A stretch of DNA of 64,000 nucleotides from Halioglobus sp. (GTDB lineage Bacteria; Pseudomonadota; Gammaproteobacteria; Pseudomonadales; Halieaceae), in the NCBI GenBank assembly GCA_034521205.1, contig JAXHMT010000002.1, positions 37,896 through 101,895 of the forward strand. Direction: 5' to 3'. The stretch's first letter is position 1; the number at the start of each line of letters is the position of its first letter. The translations under genes and the position numbers were made by a program. Positions 28,265 to 39,430 of the stretch are shown here, in pieces. A model generated the notes under the pieces. That model had not been told where the DNA came from and did not search any database. It was given only the letters and a program-made list of their open reading frames with translations.

Positions 28265-28377
28265 CAGGAACATCGTGCCAGACAACCGTCATTAAACCGC
28301 GGTAATCCGGGGAGAGTGTACGCAATTCCCGCGCTCCCGGAATCAAGGCGGCCACGCTGAACGGGGACATTGTCCCC

Positions 28378-28449
28378 GAGATACAGAGTGTCCCCGGAAT
28401 GCAGAGTGTTCCCGGGTTTCCGGGTTTCTCCGGAATGCAGACGCTCCCC
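28378..28449. repeat. Degenerate 18-bp tandem repeat (GGAATGCAGAGTGTYCCC) x4
   Basis: Units at 28378, 28396, 28414 (divergent) and 28432, between convergent genes. Confidence 0.6.
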
Positions 28450-28454
28450 TGAAT

Positions 28455-30215
28455 TCAAAGTCTCAGGTCGACAATAACCGGGTTGTGGTCGGTCGACCGC
28501 CAGGGCTCGTTCGGGTCCGGACTCATGACGCCCTGGTAGCCGAGTGCCCGCGGCTCATCGGCATTCACCAGCCAGCTCCGGGCCGCAATGACACGGGGCC
28601 GGAGTTTTTCGCCGGCCAGGGCATAATCCAGAGAGCCTTTTTCGCCCCTGTACCGATAGGTGTAGTGGCGACAGTTGCTGTCCGTGCACGGATGGAACTG
28701 GTGAACCATGCTGGCGAATCCGGCTCTCGCCAGCACGGCGAGAGGTTGCTCGCGGGCGTAGCTGTTGAGATCGCCGACAATCAGGGTGCCCGCTGAACGA
28801 GGGTCGGCGGATGCGGTGCCGGACCAGCTGGCGAGTGCCGCGGCCTCGGCCGTTCGCCGGCTGGCGTAGCACCCCTGGCCGTCGGACTGGTCCCGCTCTT
28901 CGTCCCGGGCCCCACGGCAGGACTTGGATTTCAGGTGGGGGACAACGACCCTCACCGTATGCTCGCCGCCAGCGCGACGGAAATCCTGGGCCAGCGGCGG
29001 GCGACCCCTGAACCTGAAAGGACCGCCGGCCAGTCGTGCGGCCGGCCCGATGGCGACAACGCGGTCGGCGCGATACAGCAAACCGGTCCGGATGGCGTCG
29101 TCGCCATCCTCGCCGGGCGTACCGACAAACCGCCAGTGACTGCCCAGAGCCGCGGCCAGCGCGGCGATTGCGCTGTCCGGGCCGTAACCGTCGTTTTCCA
29201 GCTCCGTGACCGCGAGGATGTCCGGAACCGGGGCGAGTAGCGCCTCGATCAGCCGTTGTTGCTGTCGCTGAAACTGCGCCTTCGTCGCCGCGCCTCGCGG
29301 GGTCGGAAAGTCGCCGCCCCGGCCATCACCGTTAAAGTAATTGCCGAGATTCAGGGCCACGACCCGGACGGAATCGCCCGGCGGTGGCGGCGGTGCCGGT
29401 GTTCGCGGGTTGGTGCTCAGGAAGCGCGGCGCCCGGGCCGGCTGAATTCGCCAGGCACCAAAGCGGAAATCCAGGATACCGGCGAGCCCGTCGATCCGGT
29501 CGCCGGCCCGCACGGTTGCCGATGAAGAAGCCGCCGGCGGCCAGGGCAGGGGACGTGGATCGCGCAGGGACCGGTTGTCGTCCAGCAACACGCGATTGCG
29601 CCGGTTTGTGGCGGACTTGCGGTGCGCCGGGTTGCCGGGCGACAAATACTCGGTCGGCTGTACCTGATCCGAGGCCGCCAGAGCCAGCTCTCCGTAACGG
29701 GCGAGCTCAGCGTTGTCCACCACCGTCAGCGGCTGGCGGAAGGTGACCCGCATGTTTTCCAGAGTCTCCGGGTCGACGGTCCATGGCAATGCCAGGATGA
29801 CCGGCTCGGGCAGCGCAGCCGGGCCGCACAACCGGATTTCCCGCACGGCCACCAGTTCCGTCAGCCCATGGTATTCCTTCACCTTGCCGGTCACTCGCAG
29901 ACGCATGCCGGGTTCGCCCGCAGCGCGATCGGTGTACACAAAAAGCGCTTCGGAAGTGGCCGGGTCGCCGTCGGTCTCGCGGTCCGCCTGCTGCAGGTAG
30001 AAGCCGCCGAATGCGTTCTCCGAGCGCAAATCCCGGGTCAGAATGCCTTCCACGGTCACGGTCCGGCCAGTCAGGGGAGACGCCGGCCCATTGCCCTGGA
30101 CAGCGGATATCGGCGTCGCGGCATCGCCACAGGCCGATGCTGCCGTTGCCGCCATGGGCGGGAACGACAGAATCGGCAGGCAGAAATAGCAATACAGCTG
30201 TTTTTTCAAGCTCAC
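28455..30215 (-). CDS. ExeM/NucH family extracellular endonuclease
   Basis: Signal peptide; ISAVQG.G.ASPL.G..VTVEG OB-fold; NLGNYFNG, HLKSK, GDLNSYA.E.P, SLDY, RSTDHNPV. Confidence 0.92.
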   Translation of the reverse strand: MSLKKQLYCYFCLPILSFPPMAATAASACGDAATPISAVQGNGPASPLTGRTVTVEGILTRDLRSENAFGGFYLQQADRETDGDPATSEALFVYTDRAAGEPGMRLRVTGKVKEYHGLTELVAVREIRLCGPAALPEPVILALPWTVDPETLENMRVTFRQPLTVVDNAELARYGELALAASDQVQPTEYLSPGNPAHRKSATNRRNRVLLDDNRSLRDPRPLPWPPAASSSATVRAGDRIDGLAGILDFRFGAWRIQPARAPRFLSTNPRTPAPPPPPGDSVRVVALNLGNYFNGDGRGGDFPTPRGAATKAQFQRQQQRLIEALLAPVPDILAVTELENDGYGPDSAIAALAAALGSHWRFVGTPGEDGDDAIRTGLLYRADRVVAIGPAARLAGGPFRFRGRPPLAQDFRRAGGEHTVRVVVPHLKSKSCRGARDEERDQSDGQGCYASRRTAEAAALASWSGTASADPRSAGTLIVGDLNSYAREQPLAVLARAGFASMVHQFHPCTDSNCRHYTYRYRGEKGSLDYALAGEKLRPRVIAARSWLVNADEPRALGYQGVMSPDPNEPWRSTDHNPVIVDLRL

Positions 30216-30439
30216 GGCGACAGTTTAGGGCCCGCGCAAGAATAATTCCCGTTTTTTTGGGGCGTCGAGGCGCCTGCCTGGCAAGGCGCGAGGAGGGCGC
30301 ATAGCGCCACTATGCAACCGACGAGCAACGCAGCCAGGCAGGATGCATCGGCGGCCCAAATCGGGAACTTATTCTTGCGCGGGCCCTTAGCCGAGACCGC
30401 CGGCAGCTTCCCGTGCTTGTGCATGTCTGTCGGCTTTAC

Positions 30440-32250
30440 CTGCGGTCTGGGATTAGATGCTAACGGCCGGTCGCAGCACCCGCTCGCGGATTGTCCCGCA
30501 GATGTGGATGTGCCAACGAGTAGTACTTGCCACCTGCGACATCAACCAGCGATTGGATCGTGCCGTCGGGCCATTCGTATGGATGCCCTGGTCGCGATGA
30601 CCTCCTGAATCGCCGAATCCGAAGCGCAGGGTCGACCGGGATTTCCGACCCTGGTAACCGCCGTTCGCCAGCACCGGCCGCATTTGGCGTTCTCCATTGA
30701 TTTCGATTGTAACGGTCGCACCAATCGCGCCGGTGTTCGAGCTGCGTAGCCAATCAGATGAAAACCGACGAAGCCGTCAGCATCGTTGCCGCGAAAAGCG
30801 TTTTCGTAGAAGCGGGGCGCATCGGAATTTTGCGCCGTCACAACATCAACGTCACCATCACGGTCAAATCAACACAAACGCTAAGCCGCGGCCATCGGTC
30901 GCCTCATGCAGCCCCCAGGCTTCACCGACTTCGTCAAACGTGCCATTGCTGCTATTCAGGAAAAGTCGAGGGTGGGCTGCGCAGAAATTGTGCCAACTGG
31001 TTCTGAGTCAACTCAACAATGGTGTTGGGAACAAGGCGACGACCTCATCGGGCAATAAACCGAAACCGTTTTCATGGAAGATATCGACCCAGCCATCATT
31101 GTTGAAATCCGCTGCACAAGCTCCCCACCCCCATCCGCCGTCTCTAAGCCGGACGACTCGGTTGCGTCAATGAATTTCAGACCGTCGCCGGTTCCCCTGT
31201 ACAGGCGATTCCCACTGTCGCCCCAGAAAACGCTACGCCGTCATCCTGCTTAAAAATGGCCGTCACAAACCAATCGAGAAGACCATCGTTGTCAAAATCG
31301 ACAACGGCCTGCCCCATGCCATTCTCGTCTGTGATCACAGCGTGGTCGGCGATAACAGAAAAAATACCCTCACCGTCGTTTTACGCAGCATTCTGGCGGT
31401 GCCAAAGTCGGACGCGATACAATATCCTGATCGCCGTCAGCATCGAAGTCGGCGAACGCGCTGGTGAGAATGAAGATTCTGCTCCAGATCCGCGCCCGTC
31501 GTGCCGGCAATATCATCTGCCGCACGCATGACGCCACCGACATTCCGCATTAACGCCGGAGCCTGTGCGGGCCGTGTAACTTCGTTATCCCAGTGCGCCG
31601 CAAAGATGTCCAGCCAACCGTCGCCAGAAATGGTCGCCGAACGCAAAACCGAAGACGCTTTTGGACATACTGATCTGCTGCCGCAGTTGGAGGGCCGCGT
31701 CGTTCCCGCATATTCCACAGCGCCGTTCCGCGCGCCAAAGAGATTGCCAACGGCAAGGTCGAGTCGGTAATCGGCATCCAGATCCGCGAGCCGAGGGCCC
31801 CGATTATGTCCGGCAGGCCAGGCAAGCTAGAACCTGCTGCTCGAATCCATCATCGGTGCGCAGGCCAGCAGCACTGGGCCGCCGGCGGTGTAGGTTCCAA
31901 ACAACTGATCCGGCCTGCAGTCACCTTCATGTCTCCACTGAACCAGGGGGCCGGAACTCATTGCGAATTCAACCTGGAAGGATGAAGCCGGGCCATACCA
32001 CATATCTGGCGGTAGAAACGCGCTCGCGCTCTATACCGAGCGCCAGCGTTCTGTCGACAAATCGGGATTGACCAGAGTAGGCCCGCTCCGGTTCGTGATC
32101 GTGGCAGGCTAAAGCTCCTCGAGCTGCCCAGGGGCCAGCGGAGGCACGCTGCCAGCGCGCTCGACCTTACTTGGTGCGACGTTCTCGCTTGCAACATCGA
32201 ACGGTCGCGATGCCTGTTGATTCGTCGAAAACCGGCTGGAGCAGACGCCC
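30440..32250 (-). pseudogene. FG-GAP repeat / ASPIC-UnbV (CRTAC1-like) protein, heavily frameshifted
   Basis: Fragments DGWLDIFAAHWD, DFDADGDQDI, ENGMGQAVVDFDNDGLLDWFVTAI, WGWGACAADFNNDGWVDIFHENG and VLANGGYQG...FGFGD...WPDG. Ends approximate. Confidence 0.75.
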
Positions 32251-32399
32251 GTCAAAATCATCGCGATAGCTCGCGATCCATGGCTGCAGGCGATCCCGCG
32301 ATTTGACGCAAGGATCGGTCAGCGCGGTCATGGAAGCCTCTAGCGCGCCTGACCTCGGCATTCAGGTCAGCGCACGATGAGGTAGCAGGGGGCTGAGCC

Positions 32400-33560
32400 G
32401 GTCAATGGCCCGACCGGTCAGCTGTCTCGCCGCCGGATAGGCATCAGATTTGCCGCAAACTGGCGCAGGTTGGATAGCGAAAAATCGAACTGTTCGAACT
32501 GTGCCGCAGGGTCTGCACACCAGAGCGAAGCACCGCTTCCAGACTTTCGAATGCGCCTGTGTGCCCGTAGGGCGCTGTGACCTCGATGTTCAATAGCGAG
32601 GGTGTACGAAACCGGTACCTGTCGTCATCAGCCTGGGTCACCAGATAAGCGCCAGGATCGTCGCCATCGGCGCGCTTGCCTCTTCCCAGCTGCGGGAAAC
32701 CTACCACGTGGAAAGACTCATCGGAAAGCAGGCGCCCGCTGTGGGATGCGCAGCGAGGCCGCCCTCGGCCGTATCCCAAGAAAAGCCGGGCGCCGCGTTT
32801 CGCATTCTCGGAAAGCGCGTCCCGGTTGCCGCCGCGTAGTCGCGCCAGGGCGAGTCGATGAAGGTTTGGGTCTGTTGTAGGCGCTGAGCGCACGGGCAAC
32901 ATTATCGTACGTTACGAATTTTTCTGGCGGGGATTTTGGATAATTGCTGAAACGCCGATCGAAAAGCTTCAACCCAACCCTCCTTTGATCGCAGTCGCTC
33001 AGCAATATGATGGCGAACTTCCGCAGAGGTCAGATCATAAAACTCACCGAATCCTCGCATTTCCTGAAATGAAACGATCGGGAAAGCGCGCCTGAACGGC
33101 GAGTAGATCGCCCACCGCATTTCGGTCCGGATTGCCTCGAAGCGCGGCTCTCCTGGCGTTCTGTAAAGCGGCCGATTTAGATCGTCAGTGCCTGGATAAC
33201 CCGGATGCGACCATCAAAGAGTAGTGCATGATTGAACAGGCCCGCGTTAAAGGTCGTCTGCGAGTTGCGCCAACGTTCGGCCCGCCGATACGTGCCGCTT
33301 TGGGGTCACGATCGAGGCTGATATCCACGCGGCCGGGGACCGACGACCTCGGGCAGGTGCGCTCCAATACCGACCGGCAGCGAAAGTGATCGCTTCCACC
33401 CAGCAGCGGTGGTGGCAGGAGGCGCAAGCAACGTCGCGATCGCCGCTCAGTTGCCTGGAGAAAAACAGCGCTCGGCCAAGTGACGGCAAAGCGTCCGTCG
33501 GCGAGCCCGGGCCGACTCATCAATGGTCGCATACTCATCGCCGAGCTCAGACAAATCTAT
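32400..33560 (-). pseudogene. Di-haem cytochrome c peroxidase / MauG-like protein, heavily frameshifted
   Basis: LGRALFFSRQLSGDRDVACASCHH, TTFNAGLF..ALLFDGR, AKRGARLF, SDESFHVVGFPQLG, FRTPSLLNIEVTAPYGHTG. Confidence 0.8.
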
Positions 33561-34199
33561 AAGCGTAGCCAGATTGTCATCTATCGACGCGCTAACAACA
33601 TTACACGAAAGAAAAAGCGCCGTTAGAAAAACCGTCGAGCGCCGGCTCGCCAGAACGCCTAGTGCAGTTCGACTTCTTCATCCCTGATCTCGGAAACCGC
33701 TATGGGAATCCTCATTCCTTCTGCGTTGATGTATCTGACGAAGGCCCTGGCCGACCTGCAGCAATTCAAAGGCAGCCTGACTGCCGCCAAGCAGCTTCAT
33801 TCCCCCAGGAAACATAAGCGGGTCAAAATCATAGCGGTATTCACTGATAACGGCCTGGCGTTCTACCAGATGCGTTGCGGGGATAAAGACGATTGACTCC
33901 AGCACGGTGTTCCTCATCAAGTTCGGCAGAGGTGTCCAAGTATAGATATCGTCTTCCTTCGCAACCAGTATTTACGTCTTTTTTACGTCTTTTTCGACTT
34001 TTTTGACAATAACATGCCCCCAATCACGGTTTTCCTCGCGTGCGCTGTGACAGTTGCCATGCCGAACAGCCGGTGAGCCAATGGATGCTGAGCATCCCGT
34101 TTCCATTGCGCTTCTTGTTCGCGGCCCGCCCGAGATCATGGGCCGAGTGCTGGGCATTACGCGATTGTGCCGGTTTGTGGCGGACCTGCGCGCGCCGGG

Positions 34200-35339
34200 C
34201 TGCCGGGTGACAGGTATGCGGTCGGTTGTACCTGATCCGAGACCGCCGGCAGCATCCGCGATGCATCGCCGGATGCATGGGGCCGCCGTGTGATACTGAA
34301 TCGGCAATTTGGCGTGAAGCATGGATATCCTGATGGCCCGGAACTCTCCGAGATCGGGTTTCTGCTGGAATCGGGGTCCGACCGAATCGGAGCTCTCGAC
34401 TTCCAACTATCTCCGACGAGCTATGAGCCTCGCTCGCACGTAAATGCGACGCTGGATGAGCTTCTGGAGTCAGCGCACCGCGTAGAAGAGGGCATTCCAC
34501 TGACCGCCGAACTCGACCAGGCACTGCATCGTGGCAGCTCCATCGGGGGCGCACGTCCCAAGGCACTCATAGACGACGGTGACGTCAAGCACGTCGCCAA
34601 ATTCTCATCAACCTCGGACACTTACAGTGTCGTCAAGGCTGAATTCATTGCCATGCGTCTCGCGTCGCTGACTGGCATCAATGCGGCACCGGTGTCCCTG
34701 GTGTCTGCTTCCGGGAAGGATGTTCTGCTTATTGAGCGGTTTGATCGTGTCAAGGCTGAAGATGGCTGGCAGCGAAGACTCATGGTCTCGGCACTGACGC
34801 TGCTTGAACTGGACGAGATGATGGCGCGCTACGCAAGCTATTCCGAGCTTGCGCAGATCATCCGACACCGCTTTGCCGATCCATCCGGGACATTGGCGCA
34901 GCTATACAGCAGAATTGTCTTCAATATCCTTTGCGGGAACACTGATGATCATGCGCGAAACCACTCAGCTTTCTGGGACGGTGAATCCCTGAGCCTGACG
35001 CCGGCATACGATCTCTGCCCTCAGTCCCGTTCCGGCCGGGAAGCCAGTCAGGCAATGCTGATTTCGCCGGATAACCGCATGAGCCGCATTGCCACCTGTA
35101 TCGGGGCGTGCCATTTTTTCCTACTCTCGTCCGATGATGCGATACGGATCGCGGAGGCACAGCTTCGATGTATTGGTGAAAACTGGCGGGCCGTGTGTGA
35201 TGAAGCAGGTCTGGGCGAAACAGAGCGGAATAGGCTCTGGGGACGCCAGTTTTTGAACCCTTACGCCTTCACTGAACTCGATGGCGAGGCCGCACGGATC
35301 GCCAGGCTCGCTGAAGATATTCAGGCCTCGGCAGGTTAG
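34200..35339 (+). pseudogene. hipA: HipA family Ser/Thr kinase toxin, N-terminus truncated or scrambled
   Basis: PDAWGRRVI upstream of the called start; SIGGARPKA, VAKFSS, KAEFIAM, LLIERFDR, GNTDDHARNH, LTPAYD. Confidence 0.85.
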
Positions 35340-35437
35340 GCCTACTCAAGGCCGCCATCCCCCGCAGGCCCAGATGACGATGGCGCGTATAACCACCGCA
35401 ATCTATGCAATGATGCCGTGGGGGCAATCGATGTCGT

Positions 35438-36487
35438 TCAGCGCTCCCCGCCCAACGGCAGATAGAACTGCTCGTACCAGCGGCGCAGCTTGTTGATGGG
35501 GCCGTCGCCGTCGCACAGGATGGGGTCGGCGCGGTAGATCTTGTCCTTCCAGATCTCGACATCCTGCCCGAAGGCGATGTGGGCGACCTGCGGATACATC
35601 TGCAGGAATTCCTCGGGCAGCGGTCGCTCGTCCAGGCTGCTGACGATGACCGCCGAGCACAGATCCAGCTCGCGCTCATCGACCGGGGTATGGCAGTTCA
35701 CCCACCAGCTGCGAAAACTCACTTCCGGGCTTCTCGACTCGGTGTAGTAGTACATGATCGACGGCCCGTGGTAGGTGGCGTCGCCCCAGGCGTCGGATTC
35801 CCCGCCGGCGGTCTCCTCGCGCATGGCCTCCAGGTCGAAGGGCACTCCCGGCGGGATGATCATCTTCGCGTCGGGATCGCGGTCCACCGTGGATACCTGC
35901 GTCACGGTGCGCTCCGTGAAGCGGTTTTCCCATTTGCGCACAGAGCCGGCGTGCACGTGGGGGAAGTGAGCGATATCGACAATGTTCTCGATCACGTCAC
36001 AGGGGCGGGCGCGAATACGCGAACGGTAGAACTGCCAGTCGCCCCAGCCGTCGTCTCCCCACACGTCGATGTCGGGGAGGTAGTCCTCCGTCGGGTTGCC
36101 GTCGGGGTCGTACCACATGGCGATAAAGCCGTTTTTCTCCAGTACCGGCCAGGCCCGCAGTGCGTTCAGCGCTCTGTCCGGAATGGCGCTGGCGTAGGGA
36201 ATATCCACGCAGCGGCCCTGCCGGTCGAAGGTCCAGCCGTGAAACGGGCAGGCGATGTGATCGCCGCAGACACGGCCCTCGCCGCTGGCCAGATGGGCCC
36301 CCAGGTGCGGGCAGTGGGCGTCGAGCACGCCCACCTGTCCGGAATCGCCGCGGTAGGCAACCAGGTCGCGGTCGAAGTAGCGCAGGGCCTTCACCTCGCC
36401 GGCGGCCAGCTCCTTCGAGAACAGCACGATATGCCAGCCGCGGGCGAAGCTGCCGGGCTCGAGAAACGCGTACCTGTAATCACTCAT
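35438..36487 (-). CDS. kshA: Rieske non-haem oxygenase, KshA (3-ketosteroid 9-alpha-hydroxylase) type
   Basis: CPHLGAHL and CPFHGW Rieske; ENIVDIAHFPHVH; DVEIWKDK...LCDGDGPINKLRRWYEQFY. Confidence 0.82.
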   Translation of the reverse strand: MSDYRYAFLEPGSFARGWHIVLFSKELAAGEVKALRYFDRDLVAYRGDSGQVGVLDAHCPHLGAHLASGEGRVCGDHIACPFHGWTFDRQGRCVDIPYASAIPDRALNALRAWPVLEKNGFIAMWYDPDGNPTEDYLPDIDVWGDDGWGDWQFYRSRIRARPCDVIENIVDIAHFPHVHAGSVRKWENRFTERTVTQVSTVDRDPDAKMIIPPGVPFDLEAMREETAGGESDAWGDATYHGPSIMYYYTESRSPEVSFRSWWVNCHTPVDERELDLCSAVIVSSLDERPLPEEFLQMYPQVAHIAFGQDVEIWKDKIYRADPILCDGDGPINKLRRWYEQFYLPLGGER

Positions 36488-36488
36488 A

Positions 36489-38257
36489 TCATGGGGTTCC
36501 CGCGTCGGATTGGTCGAATGCGTGCAGCGCCGCGAGGTAGGCGAAGGTCATCGCCGAACCGATGGTCGCGCCGGCGCCCGGATAGGTGTCGCCCATCGCG
36601 GCGGCGCTGGCATTGCCCGCGGCGTACAGTCCCGCAATGGGATCGCCGGCATCATTCAGTACCCGGCCGTGTTCGTCGCACAACAGCCCTCCCTTGGTGT
36701 CCAGGTCCCCCGGCTCGCAGCGCATGGCATAGAAGGGTGGTTCGTCCAGCGGCGCCAGGGAAGGGTTGGGTTTGACCCTGGGGTCGGCGTAGTAGCGGTC
36801 GTGTTCCGTGGCGCCGCGCTTGAACTGCGGATCCTCGCCGCGGCGGGCGTGTTCGTTGAAGCGCGTAACCGTCTCGACCAGTGCCTGGGCCGGCATGTCC
36901 AGTTTTTCCGCCAGTGCCGGCAGGGAATCGGCCCGTGTGAGCAGCCCGCTGTCGAAATTCTCGGGAGCCACCTGGCGGTCGGTCTCGACCTTGCCAGGCT
37001 TGATGTGGCCGACGGCGTATTTGCGGCGGTAGGCCGCATCGAACACAAGATAACAGGGGATCGCCCGCTCGCCGCGGGCATGTGCGGCGTACTGGGCCTT
37101 GACCAGGTCCTCGTAGGGCTGGGCCTCGTTGGCGAAACGCCTGCCCTCGCCGGACACCATGATGGAACCGGGATTGGATTTGCCGGCAATCAGCGCCAAC
37201 ACGCGCCCGTCGGGAATCGTATAGGTGGGCGACCACCAGGCGCACGGCATGAAGCCCAGTGCCGCGCCGACTTCCTGCCCCAGGGTCACCGCGTCACCGG
37301 TTGCCCCGGGGGCGGAGGCCGTCCAGTCGGCGCCAATGGGCGCCTGCTGATACTGGCGGCGCATGGCGGCATTGCGGGAAAAGCCACCGGTGCCCAGCAG
37401 GACGCCGCGGCGGGCGCGAATGCGTCGGGCCGAGCCCTCATGGCGCACGACCGCGCCCAGGACACGACCCTCACCGGTGATCAGCGTTTCCATCGGCGCG
37501 TTCAGCCACAGGGGAATATCCCGGTCCATCAGCGAGCGCCGCAGGCGCGCGACAAGCGCGGGGCCCAGGCAGATGCGGTTGTCCCGCTGCCGCCGCAGCC
37601 GCGCCGGCAGATCCAGCCAGTAGCGCAGCAGCAGGGCGGCGCCCGTGGTCAGCGTGCGCAGGTTCATCGCCTGCAGCCGCTGTCCCTCGGCGATGGTGAT
37701 ATTGAAGGGCAGGAGCAGGCCGTCGTAGTGCGCGATGCGAATGTGCCGCGCCTCCTCGCCGAGGGCGCGCAGGCTGAACGGCTTGTTGTCCATGGAGCGG
37801 CTGCCGGATTGTAACCCGCGACGTTCTCGTAGTAATCCATGTAATTGGGGATGGCGCTGTAATCGACGCGGCTGTGCCGCATCATGAATTGCAGCATTTC
37901 CCGCGCCCGCTCGGCGTAGGCGCGGACCCGGGCATCCGGCACCGACTCGCCGATCAGTCCCTTGAGGTAGCTGTAGCCTTCCGCCACCGTGTCGGCGATG
38001 CCGGCCTGTGCCTGGCGGTGATTGGCGGGTACCCAGGCAACGCCGCCCGATTTGGCGGTTGTGCCGCCGTACAGGGATTCCTTTTCCACCACCAGTACAG
38101 TGCCGCCCAACTGGTGCGCCACCACCGCGCCGGTCATGCCGGCGGCTCCCGCACCGGCGACCAGCCAGTCTACTTCCAGATCCCAGTCCAAATTCGTACC
38201 CGTGTGGTTGCCCGGGCCCCTCGGCCCGTTGGCGACTGCGCAGTGTGGCAGGGCCAT
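36489..38257 (-). pseudogene. kstD: 3-ketosteroid-delta1-dehydrogenase-like FAD oxidoreductase, frameshift near 37810
   Basis: AGAGAAG, GGTTAKSGGVAWVPAN, GTGGF, GRRFANEA, DLDTKGGL, GLYAAGN, YPGAGATIG. Confidence 0.82.
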
Positions 38258-38379
38258 CGTCCCCGAATCCAGTGGCTTTCCCAATTGGCACACCACAGTT
38301 CAATATTCCGGCCGCGGCAGTTGACCGCGCAACGCGCCCGCCCTACTGTTCCGGACATGCTCAACGACCCGGTTCATTC

Positions 38380-39399
38380 ATGATGCAGATTCCCCAGGCC
38401 AGAATTCACGCCGTCGACGATCTGCGACTGGATACCATTGCACCTCCCGAGTGCGGGCCCGACGATGTCGTCGTCCGGGTACGCCAGTGCGGCATCTGCG
38501 GATCCGATCTCTCTTATCTCGCCATGGGCGGTATCGCGGCCCCCGATACACCGATGCCGATCGGCCACGAACTGTGGGGCGAAATCGGCGAAGCCGGTGC
38601 CAACGTCACGCACGTCGCCGCCGGCGATCGCGTGGTCGTTCAGCCTCTGTGCAACGATACCAATATCGGCAACGGCGGCAGCGAGGGCGGTTTCACGCCG
38701 CTGTTGCTGGTGCGCAACGCCGCAAACAATCCCGACAGCGTGATCAAACTGCCCGACGATCTGCCCGTCGCGTACGGGGCCCTGGTGGAACCGCTGGCGG
38801 TGGCGCAGCACAGCGCCAATCGTGTCATGGCCGCGCCGACCGACAGGGCCGTGATCTACGGCGCGGGCCCGATCGGGCTGTCCATCCTGCAGGTCCTGAA
38901 GTACCGTGGTCTCGAGGATATCGTGGTGATAGACCTGTCGCCGCTGCGTCTGGAGACCGCTGCCGGGCTGGGGGCGGTGGCGCTGCGCGGCGACGATCCG
39001 GAACTCGCGCGGCAACTGATCGATATTCACGGCAGCGCCGACTTCTTCGGGCTGCCCATGCCCGCCAGCACGCTGTATTTCGAGGCCACGGGAGCGCGTT
39101 CGGTGTTCGAGGGGATGCTCGACGTCGCCGGTCCCGGCAGCCGCATTTGCCTGACGGGAGTGCACAAGGAGCCGGCCACACTGGATCTGGTAATGTTGCT
39201 GGCCAAGGAGATATCCCTGGTGCCCGCCCTGGCTTACGCCGGGGAATTCGCTGAGGTGATTGACATGCTGGGCTCCGGCGCGATCGATCCGTCGGTGATG
39301 GTCACCCATGAGTTCCCGCTCTCGAACATCGACAGCGCCTTTGCCACCGCGCGCGATACGGGCAGGGCCATCAAGGTGATTGTCGACTGCCAGGCCTGA
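38380..39399 (+). CDS. Zn-dependent alcohol dehydrogenase (MDR)
   Basis: CGICGSD, GHE, VGDRV-like, VEPLAVA, GAGPIG; lacks the structural-Zn Cys cluster. Confidence 0.92.
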   Translation: MMQIPQARIHAVDDLRLDTIAPPECGPDDVVVRVRQCGICGSDLSYLAMGGIAAPDTPMPIGHELWGEIGEAGANVTHVAAGDRVVVQPLCNDTNIGNGGSEGGFTPLLLVRNAANNPDSVIKLPDDLPVAYGALVEPLAVAQHSANRVMAAPTDRAVIYGAGPIGLSILQVLKYRGLEDIVVIDLSPLRLETAAGLGAVALRGDDPELARQLIDIHGSADFFGLPMPASTLYFEATGARSVFEGMLDVAGPGSRICLTGVHKEPATLDLVMLLAKEISLVPALAYAGEFAEVIDMLGSGAIDPSVMVTHEFPLSNIDSAFATARDTGRAIKVIVDCQA

Positions 39400-39430
39400 G
39401 GCGAACCGTTTCGTAGACAAGGAAGAACCC

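Noticed and set aside
28261-28458. ORF with LHSG(E/D)T repeats downstream of the nuclease
   Set aside because: Explained by the 18-bp DNA repeat; TTG start without SD; no homology recognised.
33600-34020. Small ORFs between the peroxidase relic and hipA as an antitoxin
   Set aside because: No HTH or recognisable family pattern in any frame.
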